From Dehalococcoidia bacterium (GTDB lineage Bacteria > Chloroflexota > Dehalococcoidia > Bin125), in contig CAUYZA010000002.1 in the NCBI GenBank assembly GCA_963577225.1, forward strand, positions 1 through 38,730: 38,730 bases of DNA, given 5' to 3'. A program made the translations under genes and the position numbers. Within the stretch, counting starts at the first letter, position 1. Each line of letters begins with the position of its first letter. Positions 19,914 to 29,199 of the stretch are shown in pieces. The notes under the pieces were generated by a model. That model ran no database searches. It was not told where the DNA came from and worked only from the letters and a program-made list of their open reading frames with translations.

Positions 19914-20299
19914 TTGTCGGGCCAAGCAATCCCGTTCGGCATCTACGAGGTGACGATCCGGGTCAAGGACCTCGGCAGGGCCCACGCGTTCTACCGTGAG
20001 ATCTTGGGTCTGGAAGATGGTCTGTTGGTGGAGGAACGTGGGATGTACTTCCTGCGCACCCCCGGCAACCAGGGCATGGTCGTGCTGATCCAGGACGACG
20101 ACGACTTCCTCAGCCAGCACTACGCGTTCAGCATCGACGAGGCGGACGTCGAGCGGACGCTCGACGCGCTGCGGGCGGCTGGGTGGAAGCGAAGGACCCC
20201 GTCTTCCACGACTGGATGCCGGGAACCTCGATCTACTTCTCAGACCCTGACGGGCACGACCTGGAGTTCTTCGCCCCGCGAGCGACGACGAAGCACTGA
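19914..20299 (+). pseudogene. VOC (glyoxalase/bleomycin resistance/dioxygenase) family protein, frameshifted as assembled
   Basis: The sequence reads GIYEVTIRVKDLGRAHAFYREILGLEDG...HYAFSIDEADVERTLDALRAAG and then turns Arg/Ser-rich. The -1 frame reads VEAKDPVFHDWMPGTSIYFSDPDGHDLEFFAPRATTKH and stops at 20297-20299, which is the expected VOC C-terminus. The junction is at GGG 20181-20183. The TTG 19914 start is a guess. Confidence 0.65.
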
Positions 20300-20334
20300 G
20301 CGAGGCGCCAGCCTGCGAAAGAACCCTCGCCGAG

Positions 20335-21525
20335 CTACGACAAGACGCCGCTCCCGCGCAGCTCGACCAGATCGTCGGCGTTGAGGCCAAGATCCGCGGT
20401 CAGAATCTCGTCGCTGTGCTCGCCCATCAGCGGCGCCCTCTCCATCGGCACCTCGCTTTTTGAGAGGCGGGGAGCGAAGCCCAAGAGCTTGATCTCGCCG
20501 TGCTCGGGATGATCCAGCGTGTGGATGAAGCCACGCGAGTTGAGGTGCTCGTCCGCGAACAGGTCCTTCGTGTCGAAGTTGGCGCTGCAAGGTACCCCCT
20601 TCTCACCCAGCAACCGCATCACCTCATCCTTGGTGTGCTGGCGCGTCCACGTGGCGATCTCTTCGTAGAGCGGCTCGGAGTTTTCCAGCCGCAGCTGCCC
20701 CGTCTCGAAGCGCGGATCGACGGCCAGATCTGGCCGCTCGATCGCGATGCAGAGCGTGTCCCACATGCGCGTGGTCACGACCATGATGAAGGCATAGTCG
20801 TTGGGCCCGAACGGCTTGCAGGGATAGAGGTTGACCGGGGCCGTGCTGCCGTTGCCCATGCGCGGGCTGGCCGCCTCGCCCCACTCGGCGCCGTTGGCGA
20901 TGCGGGTGCGCATGAAGTAGGTCATCGCCTCTTGCATCGAGATCTCGATTAGCTGGCCTTCGCCGGTGCGCTGCTTCTGGACGTAGGCGGCCGTGATCGC
21001 GAGGGCGAGCTGGACGCCGGTGCCGGCGTCGCCGGTGGTCGGGCCGGGCAACATTGGCGGGCCGTCGGGCTCGCCCGTGACGGAGAATGCGCCGGCTGCC
21101 GCCTGGGCCACCATGTCGAAGCACTTGTAGTCGGCGTAGGGGCCGCTGGTACCGAAGCCCTTGAGACGGGCATAGATGATGCCGGGGTTCACGGTCTGCA
21201 TGACCTCGTAGCTGATGTCGAGCTTCTCGACGACGCCGGGGCCGTAGTTTTCGACGAAGACGTCATAGTGGGGCGCCATCCCGAGCAGGATCTCGCGCCC
21301 GCGCGGCTGGCTCAGATCGAGCACGATGCTGCGCTTGTTGCTGTTCCAGTTGATGAAGTAGGGCGAATTACCCTGACCGAGGCGTACGCGGCGGCCCGGA
21401 TCGCCGTAGACGGGCGGCTCGACTTTGACCACGTCAGCTCCCAGCCAAGCCAGCGCCTGGGTACAGGACGTCCCCGCCTCGTACTGGGTCATGTCCAGGA
21501 TGCGAAGTCCTTCGAGTGCGCTCAC
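20335..21525 (-). CDS. family III CoA-transferase, formyl-CoA transferase (Frc)-like
   Basis: 396 aa, GTG 21525 with GGGAG upstream. Motifs LRILDMTQYEAGTSCTQALAWLGADVVKVEPP and GPTTGDAGTG are present. By eye it is about two-thirds identical to the product of 27793..29019. Confidence 0.85.
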   Translation of the reverse strand: MSALEGLRILDMTQYEAGTSCTQALAWLGADVVKVEPPVYGDPGRRVRLGQGNSPYFINWNSNKRSIVLDLSQPRGREILLGMAPHYDVFVENYGPGVVEKLDISYEVMQTVNPGIIYARLKGFGTSGPYADYKCFDMVAQAAAGAFSVTGEPDGPPMLPGPTTGDAGTGVQLALAITAAYVQKQRTGEGQLIEISMQEAMTYFMRTRIANGAEWGEAASPRMGNGSTAPVNLYPCKPFGPNDYAFIMVVTTRMWDTLCIAIERPDLAVDPRFETGQLRLENSEPLYEEIATWTRQHTKDEVMRLLGEKGVPCSANFDTKDLFADEHLNSRGFIHTLDHPEHGEIKLLGFAPRLSKSEVPMERAPLMGEHSDEILTADLGLNADDLVELRGSGVLS

Positions 21526-21646
21526 GCCGAATCTCCCAACAATCCGAGGTTCATCCCAACCTGACCATGCTAGCGCGAGCCCCGCGGGCTATCCCCAGCG
21601 GGGGCTGTCCGAGCCGGGGTCCGGCGTCGATGGTAGAGGGGAGAGT

Positions 21647-21671
21647 CAGCCGCCCCGGACTGGGGCGGCTG
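21647..21671. repeat. perfect 10-bp GC-rich inverted repeat in a divergent promoter region
   Basis: CAGCCGCCCC (21647-21656), a GGACT loop, then GGGGCGGCTG (21662-21671). It lies 48 nt upstream of ATG 21719. Its function is unknown. Confidence 0.4.
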
Positions 21672-21718
21672 TTGCATGGGGCATCTCATGCCCTGGTCCG
21701 CTCACCCCTGGGGCAGGC

Positions 21719-22170
21719 ATGAACGCTGATTTCATGGTCCACACCTGGCGCACGTCAGAGTACTACTACCTGGTGACTCCGCCGGATCCGGAAGTCTACG
21801 AGGAGATCCGTCGGCTGGTGCCAGCCGATCGCCTGGACTATGACCCGCTGCGCAAGGTCTGGCGGATCCGCGGCGTCTACTGGCTCTCGCTCAAGCGTGC
21901 GTTGGAGGACCTTGGCTACGGACGGGTCCGCGAGCATCAGTCGCGCGCCTCCTACGAACAGTCCAACCCCGACACCGCAGGCGCCACGCTCGCGGCGCAC
22001 AGCCACGAGGCCTTCCGAGACGCTGTTCCTGTTGCCCGGCGCGCCCGACTCCGTCGTGGAGGCGGCCTACCGCGCACTGGCACGGATCTACCATCCCCGA
22101 CATGGGCGGCGACCCCCAGCGCATGATGGAACTCAACGAGGCGCGTGCCGCGATCAAGGCCAGCGCCTGA
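21719..22170 (+). pseudogene. small J-domain (DnaJ-like) protein with unknown N-terminal domain, two frameshifts as assembled
   Basis: The first frame gives MNADFMVHTWRTSEYYYLVTPPDPEVYEEIRRLVPADRLDYDPLRKVWRIRGVYWLSLKRALEDLGYG...AAHSHEAF. The second frame gives ETLFLLPGAPDSVVEAAYRALARIYHP. The third gives DMGGDPQRMMELNEARAAIKASA and stops at 22168-22170. Removing one C at 22015-22016 and one C from C4 22095-22098 restores a J-domain with an intact HPD motif. Confidence 0.65.
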
Positions 22171-22205
22171 CGCGACGGCGCCGACCCCGTCGGAGGCCAG
22201 CCGAC

Positions 22206-23663
22206 TTAGCCGCCCTTGTTTGCCGTCAGCACGTCTGCTGCCAGCAGTTCCACAGCCGCGCTCTCCACTGCGGTGCCCTGGAAGAAATCCGCGTTCGTCG
22301 ACGCGTAAAGCGTGACCTGGTTGGTGAAGGCGAAGTCCCGGAAGTCGTCCGCGCTCATCAGCCCGTGATCGACCGGCTCGTGCGCCTCCGCGACAGCGCT
22401 GCGCATGTCGGGCACGTCCCAGTGGCCAAGGTCCGTGCTCATGATCGCCCGCAGCTTCGCGTTGAAGGGGTTGACGCGGTCATCGAAGGCCCAGGCCGTC
22501 GTCGGGTCGTCCGCTTCGCAGCCGAAGTAGAAGTGCGGGATGAAGCGGTCGCGGAAGTCCTCGGCGCGCTCGATCTCCATTGGGGCGAAGTTGTCCTCGA
22601 CGTCGTCGGGAGCGCCCCGCAGGTTCAAGATTCGCTCGAGCTGGTCGAGCTTGCCCTCCACCATCTCGCCGCCGTACTCCTCGAAGAGCTGCTGAATCAG
22701 CTCACGGTCCAGCTTGGCCGGGTCCAAGTGGGGCAGGTTGGGCGCACCGCGCTTCTCCCAGCGCGCGATCAAATCGGCGTAAAGGCGGCAGCCATGCGCC
22801 GCGCCACCCTCCAGTAGAGCGATCTTGAGCTCGGGGAAGCGACGCGTGACGCCGCCCATCAGCAGCGATTTGGCCAGCACCTCGCCGGCGGCGGCGAAGT
22901 GGCCGATGTGGTTGTACATGTAGTTCGACATCGAAGACCGATCGTCCATCCCCATGCCGTTGGAGTGCTCCGCCACCGCGAAGCCCAGCTCAACGCACTT
23001 GGCCCAGAAGGGGTCGTAGTCGTAGTCGCTGTCGATCGCGTAGCTGTCCAGCCAGGTCACGCGCGACGCGAGTTCCGGGTACTGCTCGGCTACGTCGGGT
23101 ACCGGGCGTCGGACGTAGGCCGGGATCTGCGCGACCTTGTGGCCCAGCGACTTGGCGTGTTCGAGTTCGGCGATGCCCTCCTCCGGCGTGTGCAGCGGGA
23201 TCGATGCAGCCACCGTCATGCGGTCGCTGAATTCGCCGTAGTAGTCGGCCGTGAACTTGTTGAAGGCGCGGCAGACGATCGGCCGTAACTCGTCGTTGGC
23301 GAAGGCTGGGAAGCCCAGGCCCATCGTGGGATAGAGCACGACGAAATCGAGCCCAACCTCGTCGAGCCGCTCGTAGTAGAGCTTGGGCAACATCGCCGTG
23401 GCGCGGTCCAGCGTGGACTCCGTGGGCAGCACCCACCAGGGTGGCACCATGGGTCGGCTGCGACGCCGCTCGTCCCACGACATCTGGTACCAGTTTGGCC
23501 CCGATCGCTCGGCGAATTTCTCGACCGCGTCGCCGCCGCCCACGTCGCGCAGGTAGTCCATGAAGGCCGGCGCGAACTCAATGATGTGGGAGTCACCATC
23601 GATGATGGGATGGTCGAGCTTCGCTCGTAGCTCAGCCGAGGGGCTGGGCGTCGCGGTGGTCAT
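22206..23663 (-). CDS. amidohydrolase-2 (ACMSD-like metal-dependent hydrolase/decarboxylase) family protein
   Basis: 485 aa from ATG 23663 with AAGGAG upstream. The HPIIDGDSHIIEF metal motif is near the N-terminus. Assignment to this TIM-barrel family is from memory. Confidence 0.75.
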   Translation of the reverse strand: MTTATPSPSAELRAKLDHPIIDGDSHIIEFAPAFMDYLRDVGGGDAVEKFAERSGPNWYQMSWDERRRSRPMVPPWWVLPTESTLDRATAMLPKLYYERLDEVGLDFVVLYPTMGLGFPAFANDELRPIVCRAFNKFTADYYGEFSDRMTVAASIPLHTPEEGIAELEHAKSLGHKVAQIPAYVRRPVPDVAEQYPELASRVTWLDSYAIDSDYDYDPFWAKCVELGFAVAEHSNGMGMDDRSSMSNYMYNHIGHFAAAGEVLAKSLLMGGVTRRFPELKIALLEGGAAHGCRLYADLIARWEKRGAPNLPHLDPAKLDRELIQQLFEEYGGEMVEGKLDQLERILNLRGAPDDVEDNFAPMEIERAEDFRDRFIPHFYFGCEADDPTTAWAFDDRVNPFNAKLRAIMSTDLGHWDVPDMRSAVAEAHEPVDHGLMSADDFRDFAFTNQVTLYASTNADFFQGTAVESAAVELLAADVLTANKGG

Positions 23664-23747
23664 AGGTACGTCTCCTTTACGCGGGGAGGCCGGACGACCG
23701 TGAATGCGCGGAGGATACAACTACCGCGGTCGGCTGTCGCGGGGCCG

Positions 23748-24812
23748 CTAGAGCTGGAGCTCCGTCGAGAAGTCCGGGATGCCCGCCCAGCGACCAGCAT
23801 CGCCGGCGCGCATGACGGCGATCGTCTTGATCACCTCCGGGTTGGCGATGTGGTGCGGCTGCTGCCCCGCTAGAACCATCAGCACGTTCTCTGCCTGGCG
23901 GCGGTTGCCCTCGATCGCGGTGACCGGCGAGCCGCCTGCGATGTGGGGGGTGAGGATCAGGTTGTCGAGCGTCAAGAGCGGATCTTCCGCGTCAATTGGC
24001 TCCTGCTCCGTCACGTCCAGCGCCGCAGCCCCGATCTCGCCCGTTGTCAGCGCGATGTGCAGCGCCTCCGCATCGACGATTGGGCCGCGCGCGCAGTTGA
24101 TCAGGACCGCGGAGGGCTTCATCCGCTTGAACGCGTCGTTGCTGAAGAGGTGATGCGTTTCATCGGTCGCGGGCGTGTGGACCGTGATGAAGTCGGACTG
24201 GGTCAGCAGCTCGTCGAGCGAGACCAACTCGACGCCGTAGAGGTCGGCCTCCGTCTGCGGCACGTAGGGGTCGTAGGCAACCATGCGAAACGGGCCGAAG
24301 CCGCGGACGCGCGTCGCGAACGCGCGCCCGATCGCGCCGAGACCGACGATGCCCACGGTGCTGCCTGCGATGCGCTTGAGGCCCGGCGCTAGCGCCCGCA
24401 CCTCCTGCGCGGCGCTGCTCCAGCGACCGGCCTTGACGGCCGAATCAAACTCGCGAATCATCCGCGTCGATGCCAGCAACATGGCCATCGCGTGGTCCGC
24501 GACCTCCGTCGTGTTGACGCCTGGCGTGTTGCAGGCCAGCACCCCCAGGCGCGTAGCCACCGGCAGATCGATCGAGTCGACCCCGACGCCGGCGCGGCTG
24601 ACAACCTTGAGCCGGGGGCAGGCTTCGAGCACCTCCGCGTCGGTCAACGGCAGCACGCCGATCATCGCCCCGTCCGCGTCGCGCAGCAGATCGATGTAGT
24701 CCGACTTCGCGGTCTGCGCCCCAACCTGCTGCTCCACCAACTCAATCCCGGCGCCGTCGAAGATGGTGGGATCGGCCATCGGTCGCGCCGCGTTGACGAC
24801 TTTGAGGGGCAT
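23748..24812 (-). CDS. D-isomer-specific 2-hydroxyacid dehydrogenase (PGDH/CtBP-like), NAD-binding
   Basis: 354 aa, ATG 24812. Motifs GSTVGIVGLGAIGRAFA, LINCARGPIVD and LTPHIAG are present. Confidence 0.85.
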   Translation of the reverse strand: MPLKVVNAARPMADPTIFDGAGIELVEQQVGAQTAKSDYIDLLRDADGAMIGVLPLTDAEVLEACPRLKVVSRAGVGVDSIDLPVATRLGVLACNTPGVNTTEVADHAMAMLLASTRMIREFDSAVKAGRWSSAAQEVRALAPGLKRIAGSTVGIVGLGAIGRAFATRVRGFGPFRMVAYDPYVPQTEADLYGVELVSLDELLTQSDFITVHTPATDETHHLFSNDAFKRMKPSAVLINCARGPIVDAEALHIALTTGEIGAAALDVTEQEPIDAEDPLLTLDNLILTPHIAGGSPVTAIEGNRRQAENVLMVLAGQQPHHIANPEVIKTIAVMRAGDAGRWAGIPDFSTELQL

Positions 24813-24895
24813 GCGGGTCTCTCCCTGTTGCTGAGCTGGGACCCTGCGACGGCTGTCGGCTGCGCTCGGGCTGCAATTGCTGGCCGTGTCGGGGT

Positions 24896-25960
24896 CTAGG
24901 GCTGGTCGTAAACGATGATCGAGCGTCCCTCGATCTCGCCCTCTTCGAGCGCGCGAACGCCCTCGTTGATCTCGTCCAGATTTTCGTAGCGCTTGGAGAC
25001 GAACTGCTCGAGCGGCAGTTGGCCGTCCTTGTACAACTGGACGTAGCGTGGCATGGACTCCGCCGGCCGGGCCGAGCCGCCCATGGAGCCGATCAGCGAT
25101 CGCTCACCGATCGGGAACATCCGCGGCAGCGTCACGTCGCCCTGGCCGATGCCGACGATCACCGCGGTGCCACCGCGTCGCACGCCGAGCACGCCGGACT
25201 TCACGCTCTGCAGCGCCTGCTGCACCGCCGCCTCGACGCCGATCGCGTCGAACGCGAAGTCGACGCCCCCGTCGGTCAGCTCTTTGATCGTCTCCGGTGC
25301 GTCGACGTCCGAGGCGTTCACGACATGCGTCGCGCCGATTTCCTTGGCGTAGCCCAGCTTCCCTTCGACCAGGTCGACGGCGATGATCGGGTCCGCTCCG
25401 GCGATCTTGGCTCCCGCCAGGACGTTCGTTCCCACGCCGCCCACGCCGAACACGGCGACGGACTGTCCGGGCTGCACGTTGGCGGTGTAGAGGGCGGCGC
25501 CCGCGCCGGTGATCACGGCGCAGCCGATGATCGCGGTCACGTCGGTGGGCACGTCGTCTGGCAACGGAACGACCATCTGCTCGTTCAGCAGCGCATGCTC
25601 GGCCCACGTGTAGACGCCCGCATCGTGCTCCTCGCCCTGCCAGCGGAATTTGGTGCCCGCGGGCGTGGTTTCCCCTTCGGGGAGGTCTCGCGGCACGAAT
25701 TGGATCATGACGCGCTCGCCCTCGCTCACGTGCGAGACGTTCGAGCCAGCTTTGAGCACGACGCCCGTGCCCTCATGTCCCAAGAGCAGCGGCATGGGCG
25801 AAAGAGGGTTGTGCAACTGGTGTAGCTGAGAATGACAGATCCCGGTCGCGAACAGCTTGACCAGAACCTCGTCGTCGCCCGGGTCTTCGAGTTCGATCTC
25901 CTCGACCAGCAGCGGGACTCCGTGCTGTGCCTTGATCGCCGCGCGCGTCTTCATCGCCAT
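24896..25960 (-). CDS. zinc-dependent alcohol dehydrogenase (MDR family)
   Basis: 354 aa, ATG 25960 with GAGGAG upstream. Motifs GICHSQLH, GHEGTGVV and VAVFGVGGVG are present. Confidence 0.85.
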   Translation of the reverse strand: MAMKTRAAIKAQHGVPLLVEEIELEDPGDDEVLVKLFATGICHSQLHQLHNPLSPMPLLLGHEGTGVVLKAGSNVSHVSEGERVMIQFVPRDLPEGETTPAGTKFRWQGEEHDAGVYTWAEHALLNEQMVVPLPDDVPTDVTAIIGCAVITGAGAALYTANVQPGQSVAVFGVGGVGTNVLAGAKIAGADPIIAVDLVEGKLGYAKEIGATHVVNASDVDAPETIKELTDGGVDFAFDAIGVEAAVQQALQSVKSGVLGVRRGGTAVIVGIGQGDVTLPRMFPIGERSLIGSMGGSARPAESMPRYVQLYKDGQLPLEQFVSKRYENLDEINEGVRALEEGEIEGRSIIVYDQP

Positions 25961-26084
25961 CGTCCGCTCTCCTCTTTTCGATTCGACTGCTGTGAGTCGC
26001 GCCGACTTCCGGCCACCTTGATCATGGGAGGTAGCGCCGCGACGCTAATTCTTCCCGGGCTCGCGCCGGCCGGCGCTCCAACGA

Positions 26085-27752
26085 TCAACCCGTGTGCCAG
26101 CCGTATTTCTGCGGCTTGCGACCGGCCCGCGGGTCAATCCGCACGTGGACCAGCGCGGGGCCCTCGCCCTCGTTGGCTTCCGTCATGGCCGGCAGCAGGT
26201 CGTCGGGGTTCTCCACGTAGTAGGTCCGGCCGCCGAAGGCTTCCATCACCTTCTCGTAGCGCGCCTCGGGCAGGTACACGCTGGGCGGCGGCGGTCGGTC
26301 TTTCGGCAGCTCCGCGATGCCGCCGCCGATGCCGTTGTTGTTGATCACGACGACCGTCAACGGCAGCTTGTAGCGGCAGGCCGTCTCAACCTCCATGCCG
26401 CTGAAGCCAAAGGCGGCGTCACCTTGCACCGCGACCGTGCGCCGGTCCGGGTTGGTCACCGCCGCAGCGATGGCGAAACCCAGCCCGATGCCCATCGTGC
26501 CGTAGGTGCCGGCGTCCAAGCGCGACCGGGGCTCGTAGTTGTCGAGCACCGTGCGCCCGATATCCATCGTGTTGGCGCCCTCGCCCACGATGATCGCATC
26601 GCGCGGCATGGTGTCGCGCACGTCCTTGAACACGCGGTAGTAGTTCATCGGGGTGCTGTCGTCGGCCATCATCGAGGCGCTGATTTCGACGTTCTTCTCG
26701 GCCTGCGTGTCGAGCGTGTTCCGCCAGGGTGTCTCTTCCGGGTACTGCCAGGGCTCCGCCTCGAGCGCGGCGTTGATCTGAGCCATGACTGCCCGTCCAT
26801 CGCCCATCAGGCCAACCGCGGCCGGGACGTTGGAGCCGATCTCCTCGGCCACGTTGTCGAGCTGGATCACGCGCACGTCCTCGCGGTAGCGCGGCGCCTT
26901 GCCGAAGTGCAGGATCCAGTTGAGGCGGGCGCCCATCAGGAAGATCACATCGGCGTTCTGAAGCGCGGCCGTGCGAGCCGGCGCGACGGAGAGCGGGTGA
27001 TCGTCGGGCACGACGCCTTTGCCCATCGGCGTCGGCAAGAACGGAAGCTGGGTCTTGTCGATGAAGTCGCGCACCTCGTTCTCGGCACGGGCCCACGCCA
27101 TGCCCTTGCCCACGATGACGAGGGGGTTCTCGGCCGACTTGAGCGTCGCTAGTGCGGCTTCGATATCGGCCTCGGCCACGGTCGGGCGCGGCGGGTCAGG
27201 CACGGTCTGCACGTCCTGCACGTCGGCCAATTCGATCTCGGCGGTGAGGACGTCGTCGGGCAGGTCGAGGTAGGCCGCGCCCGGACGACCGTAGAGCGAG
27301 TAGCGAACGGCCTGCTCAACGTAGTAAGGAATGCGACTCTCGTGCTCAACGGCGTGCGCGTACTTGCAGAACGGCGTCGCGATGTGGACCTGGCGCTCTT
27401 CCTGGAAGGCGCCCATGCCGTTCTGGTTGATGGCGGAGGCGCCACCGATCAGGATCATCGGCCAGCAATTCTGCTGGGCATTAGCCAGCCCAGACAGGGC
27501 GTGCACGACGCCGGGGCCAGAGACCACGATGCAGCTCTGCGGCCGCCCGGTCAGATAACCGGCCGCCTGAGCGGCGTACGAAGCCGACTGCTCGTTACGC
27601 ATGCCGATGTACGTGATGCCGGCCTTTTGCGCGTCGATCGCCAGCTGCGAGACGGGAAATCCCACCACGCCGAACATGTAGTCGGCGCCCTGCTGCTTGA
27701 GGCTTCGCGCCAGCAGCTGGGACCCGGTCATCGTGTCGCTTGTCGTCGTCAT
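26085..27752 (-). CDS. ThDP-dependent oxalyl-CoA decarboxylase / 2-hydroxyacyl-CoA lyase family enzyme
   Basis: 555 aa from ATG 27752. Motifs GVVGFPV, MRNEQSASYAAQAAGY, GARLNWILHFGK and GTMGIGLGFAIAAA...QGDAAFGFSGMEVET...NNNGI (ThDP motif) are present. The tail RIDPRAGRKPQKYGWHTG resembles the HACL1-type C-terminus as I remember it. Confidence 0.8.
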   Translation of the reverse strand: MTTTSDTMTGSQLLARSLKQQGADYMFGVVGFPVSQLAIDAQKAGITYIGMRNEQSASYAAQAAGYLTGRPQSCIVVSGPGVVHALSGLANAQQNCWPMILIGGASAINQNGMGAFQEERQVHIATPFCKYAHAVEHESRIPYYVEQAVRYSLYGRPGAAYLDLPDDVLTAEIELADVQDVQTVPDPPRPTVAEADIEAALATLKSAENPLVIVGKGMAWARAENEVRDFIDKTQLPFLPTPMGKGVVPDDHPLSVAPARTAALQNADVIFLMGARLNWILHFGKAPRYREDVRVIQLDNVAEEIGSNVPAAVGLMGDGRAVMAQINAALEAEPWQYPEETPWRNTLDTQAEKNVEISASMMADDSTPMNYYRVFKDVRDTMPRDAIIVGEGANTMDIGRTVLDNYEPRSRLDAGTYGTMGIGLGFAIAAAVTNPDRRTVAVQGDAAFGFSGMEVETACRYKLPLTVVVINNNGIGGGIAELPKDRPPPPSVYLPEARYEKVMEAFGGRTYYVENPDDLLPAMTEANEGEGPALVHVRIDPRAGRKPQKYGWHTG

Positions 27753-27792
27753 CCGTCTCTCCAATTTTTCGCTGCTGTGTCGAGTGTCGCGT

Positions 27793-29019
27793 CTACCGTT
27801 CGACAGACGCCTTGAACGCTTCTCCGGGCGCGAAGTGCACCACGCCCGCATCGCTGAGTGCGGCCAACTCGGCCTCGCTCAGTCCCAGATCCGTCTGCAG
27901 CACGTCCCTGCTATCGGCCCCCAGGAGCGGCGCCGCTCGCAGTGGTACTTCGGACTCTGACATCCGGATCGGAGATTTCATCAGTGTGATCTCGCCCTCG
28001 ACCGGATGGTCGATCTGCTCAATGAAGCCGCGAGCGGCCAGGTGAGGGTCGTTAAAGACGTCCATCGTGTCGAAGATGCCGCTCGCGGGCACGCCCGACT
28101 CGCAGAGGATTCGCATCGCCTCGTGCTTGTCGTGTTTTGAGGTCCAGGCGCTGATTTCCGCGTCCAGCACGTCGCGGTTCTCGCGACGCAGGCGCTCGCT
28201 CTGGAAGCGCGGGTCAACGAGGAGATCGTCGCGTCCGATCGCGATGCAGAGCTGGTCCCACATCCGCGTGGTGACGACGAGCATGAAGAGGTAGTCGTTC
28301 TCGCCGCCGCCAGCACAGGGGTAGATGCCGCCCGGCGCGCCCGCCTGATGCTTGCGACGACCGACAGGGTTCTCCGCCCACTCGGTCACCCCGGTTGTGC
28401 GCATGAACATCGTCATGACTTCCTGCATCGACAGTTCGATCAGCTGGCCCTTGCCGGTCTGCTGCCGCTGCGCCCACGCGGCCGTGATGGCGAGCGCGGT
28501 CTGCATTCCAGTACCGGTGTCGGCGACGGTGGGACCAGGCTTGATCGGCGGGCCATCGGCCTCGCCCGTGACGGAGATCGCGCCGCTCGCGGCCTGCGCT
28601 AATGGATCGAAGGACTTGTAGCCGCTGTACGGGCCGTCCAAGCCGTAGCCCTTGATCCGCGTGTAGATGATGGCGGGATTGCGCTCGCGCACGACGTCGT
28701 AGCCGATGTCGAGCTTCTCGATCACGCCGGGCCCATAATTCTCGACGAAGACATCGAAGTGAGGCACGAGATCGAGGAACACGTCGCGGCCGCGGCTCTG
28801 CTTCAGATCGAGCACGATGCTGCGCTTATTCGCGTTGTAATTGAGGAAGTACTGCGAGTCGTCGACCCGGGCTGTGAAGACTGTGCGGCCGGGGTCGCCG
28901 CTGGGCGGTTCGACCTTGACGACTTCCGCCCCGAGCCAGGCCAGCATCTGGGTGCTGGACGTCCCGGCCTCGTACTGCGTCATGTCCAAGATTCGCATAC
29001 CCTCGAGCGCTGCGGCCAT
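27793..29019 (-). CDS. family III CoA-transferase, formyl-CoA transferase (Frc)-like
   Basis: 408 aa from ATG 29019 with GGAGGTG 8 nt upstream. The track ORF starts three codons earlier at GTG 29028. Motifs MRILDMTQYEAGTSSTQMLAWLGAEVVKVEPP and GPTVADTGTG are present. It lies 40 nt upstream of the ThDP enzyme gene. Confidence 0.85.
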   Translation of the reverse strand: MAAALEGMRILDMTQYEAGTSSTQMLAWLGAEVVKVEPPSGDPGRTVFTARVDDSQYFLNYNANKRSIVLDLKQSRGRDVFLDLVPHFDVFVENYGPGVIEKLDIGYDVVRERNPAIIYTRIKGYGLDGPYSGYKSFDPLAQAASGAISVTGEADGPPIKPGPTVADTGTGMQTALAITAAWAQRQQTGKGQLIELSMQEVMTMFMRTTGVTEWAENPVGRRKHQAGAPGGIYPCAGGGENDYLFMLVVTTRMWDQLCIAIGRDDLLVDPRFQSERLRRENRDVLDAEISAWTSKHDKHEAMRILCESGVPASGIFDTMDVFNDPHLAARGFIEQIDHPVEGEITLMKSPIRMSESEVPLRAAPLLGADSRDVLQTDLGLSEAELAALSDAGVVHFAPGEAFKASVER

Positions 29020-29199
29020 CGTGCTCACCTCCGGTCCGGGAGGATGCTAGAGCACGCAGCACCTATGAGGGCGGGCTCGCAGGGCGTAGAGCCGGAGCTG
29101 GGGTGACGTTGCGACGGCGACCGGCGGGCGCTTCGAATGCTGTTCGAAGGAAGCGGTTGGTGCACGGATCCCCGTCCCCGGCGTGGGCGAATCTCGGTT

